This document shows positions 61,957-64,000 of a stretch of DNA of 64,000 nt, piece after piece (within the stretch, counting starts at the first letter, position 1; each line of letters begins with the position of its first letter). Source of the DNA: Glaucostegus cemiculus. Taxonomy: Eukaryota. The position numbers and the translations under genes were made by a program. The stretch is from assembly GCA_976551045.1 (NCBI GenBank), contig CDPCPM010000049.1:682001-746000 (forward strand), given 5' to 3'. The notes under the pieces are model-generated. The model made no database searches. It worked only from the letters and a program-made list of their open reading frames with translations, and was not told where the DNA came from.

Positions 61957-64000
61957 ATAGAACATAGAACATAGAACAGTACAGCACAATACACGCCCTT
62001 CAGCCCACAATGTTGTGCCTTCCTTCTAACCCCTTCCTTTCACATATCCCCCTATTTTAAATTCCTCCATATGCTTATCCAGTAATCTCTTGAACTTGAC
62101 CGATGTACCTGCCTCCACCACCACCCCAGACAGAGCATTCCATGCCCCAACCACTCTCTGGGTAAAAAAAAACCCTTCCTCTGATATCTCCCTTGAACTT
62201 CCAACCCATTACTTTAAAGTCATGCCCTCTTGTATTGTGCATTGATGCCCTGGGAAAGAGGCACTGGCTGTCCACTCCGTCTATTCCTCTGAATATTTTG
62301 TACACCTCTATCATGTCTTGTCTCATCCTCCTTCTCTCCAAAGAGTAAAGCCCGAGCCCCCTTAGTCTCTCCTCATAATCCATACTCTCTAGTCCAGGCA
62401 GCATCCTGGTAAATTTCCTCTGCACTTTCTCCAATGCTTCCACATCCTTCCAATAATGATAAGATCTTTATTTATCACATGCACACAGTACTCTAAGTGT
62501 GGTCTAACCAGAGTTTTATAAAGCTGCATCATTACCTCACGGTAATCTCTTAAACCCGATCCTTCAACTTATGAAAGCTAACACCCCATAAGTTTTCTTA
62601 ACTACCCTATCCACTTGTGAGGCAACTTTCAGGGATCTGTGGATATCTGCTCCTCCACACTACCCAGAATCCTGCCATTAACTTTGTACTCTGCCTTGGA
62701 GTTTGTCCTTCCAAAGTGTACCACCTCACACTTCTCCGGATTGAACCCCATCTGCCACTTCTCAGCCCAGCTCTGCATCCTATCAATGTCTCTTTGCAAT
62801 CTTCAACAATCCTCTATACTATCAACAACACCACCAACCTTTGTGACGTCTTCAAACTTGCCAACCCACCCTTCTACTCCTTCATCCAAGTCTGTAATAA
62901 AAATCATGAAAAGCAGAGGTCCTACAACTGATCCTTGTGGGACACCACTAGTCTCAGCCCTCCAATCTGAATGCACTCCCTCCAACACAACCCTTTGCTT
63001 TCTACAGGCAAGCCAATTCTGAAGCAACATGCCCAAGCTTTCCTGGATACAATGCCCTCTAACCTTCTGAAAAGCCTACCATGTGGAACCTTGTCAAATG
63101 CCTTACTAAAATCCATGTAGACCACATCTACTGCAATACCCTCATCAATCTGTCTGATCACCTCCTCAAAGAACCCTATCAGGCTTGTGAGACATGATCT
63201 TCCCTTCACAAAGCCTTGCTGGCTGTCCCTGATCAGACCGTGATTGTCTAAATGCCCATCGATCCTATCTCCAAGAATCCTTTCCAACAGCTTGTCCACC
63301 ACAGACATAAGGCTCACTGGTCTATAATTTGTTGGACTATCCCTACTACCTCTTTTGAATAAGTGGACAACATTTGCCTCCCTCCAATCCTCCGCTACTA
63401 TTCCAGTGGACAACGAGGACTCAAAGATCCTAACCAGAGGCTCAGCAATCTCCTCCTTCACCTCGCGGAGCAGCCTGGGGAATATTCCGTCAGGCCCTAG
63501 GGACTTATCTGTCCTAATATTTTCTAACAACTCCAACACACCCTCTCTCTTAATATCTACATATTCTAGAATATTACCCTCACCAACACTGTCCTCAGTA
63601 TCATCAAGACCCCGCTCCTTGGTGAATACTGAAGAGAAGTATTCATTGAGGACCTTGCCCACTTCCACAGCTTCCAGGCACATCCTCCCACCTTTGTCTT
63701 CAATCAGACCTACCTTTACCCTAGCCATCCTTCTGCTCTTTACGTACGATAAAAAACCTTGGGATTCTCCTTAACCCTACACGCCAAAGCCTTTTCATGT
63801 CCCCTTCTCACTCTCCTCAGCCCTTTCTTAAGTTCCTTCCTTGCTATTCTATATTCCTCACGAGCCCTATCCTACCCTTGCTGCTTACACCTTATGTATG
63901 CTGCATTCTTCTTCCGTTCCATCTCTTGTTACCTATGGGGCCTTCACCCTGTCATTCCTTCTCTGCCTCACTGGGACAAATTTATCCCTAACATCCTGCA
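61957..64000 (-). mobile_element. CR1 LINE (RT and 3' end), continuing past the window edge
   Basis: ORFs 62075..62443 and 62922..63728; (TTCTATG)n tail at 61957-61978. Confidence 0.93.

Overview
Eukaryotic, repeat-rich vertebrate genomic DNA. The repeat families (CR1 LINEs, Rex1/Babar LINEs, Penelope-like elements, an HE1-type V-SINE) and the gene family point to a cartilaginous fish, probably a ray or other batoid; this is inference, not a database result. The window holds two complete multi-exon NLR immune-receptor paralogs arranged head-to-head, each with a CARD-like death fold, FISNA-like segment, NACHT and RNase-inhibitor-type LRRs. NLR-A is on the minus strand (CDS 21813->1499, 15 coding exons, about 1236 aa). 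NLR-B is on the plus strand (CDS 44320->61917, 13 coding exons, about 1131 aa). Exons were reconstructed by hand from splice sites and phase. The two predicted promoters and non-coding first exons are homologous, face away from each other, and lie about 3.9 kb apart. Between them sits a palindromic GAS/IRF-E element. NLR-A has a frameshift-derived Ser/acidic C-terminal tail and two GC-AG introns. The remainder is nested LINE debris, including one young CR1 with an uninterrupted 606-aa RT ORF.
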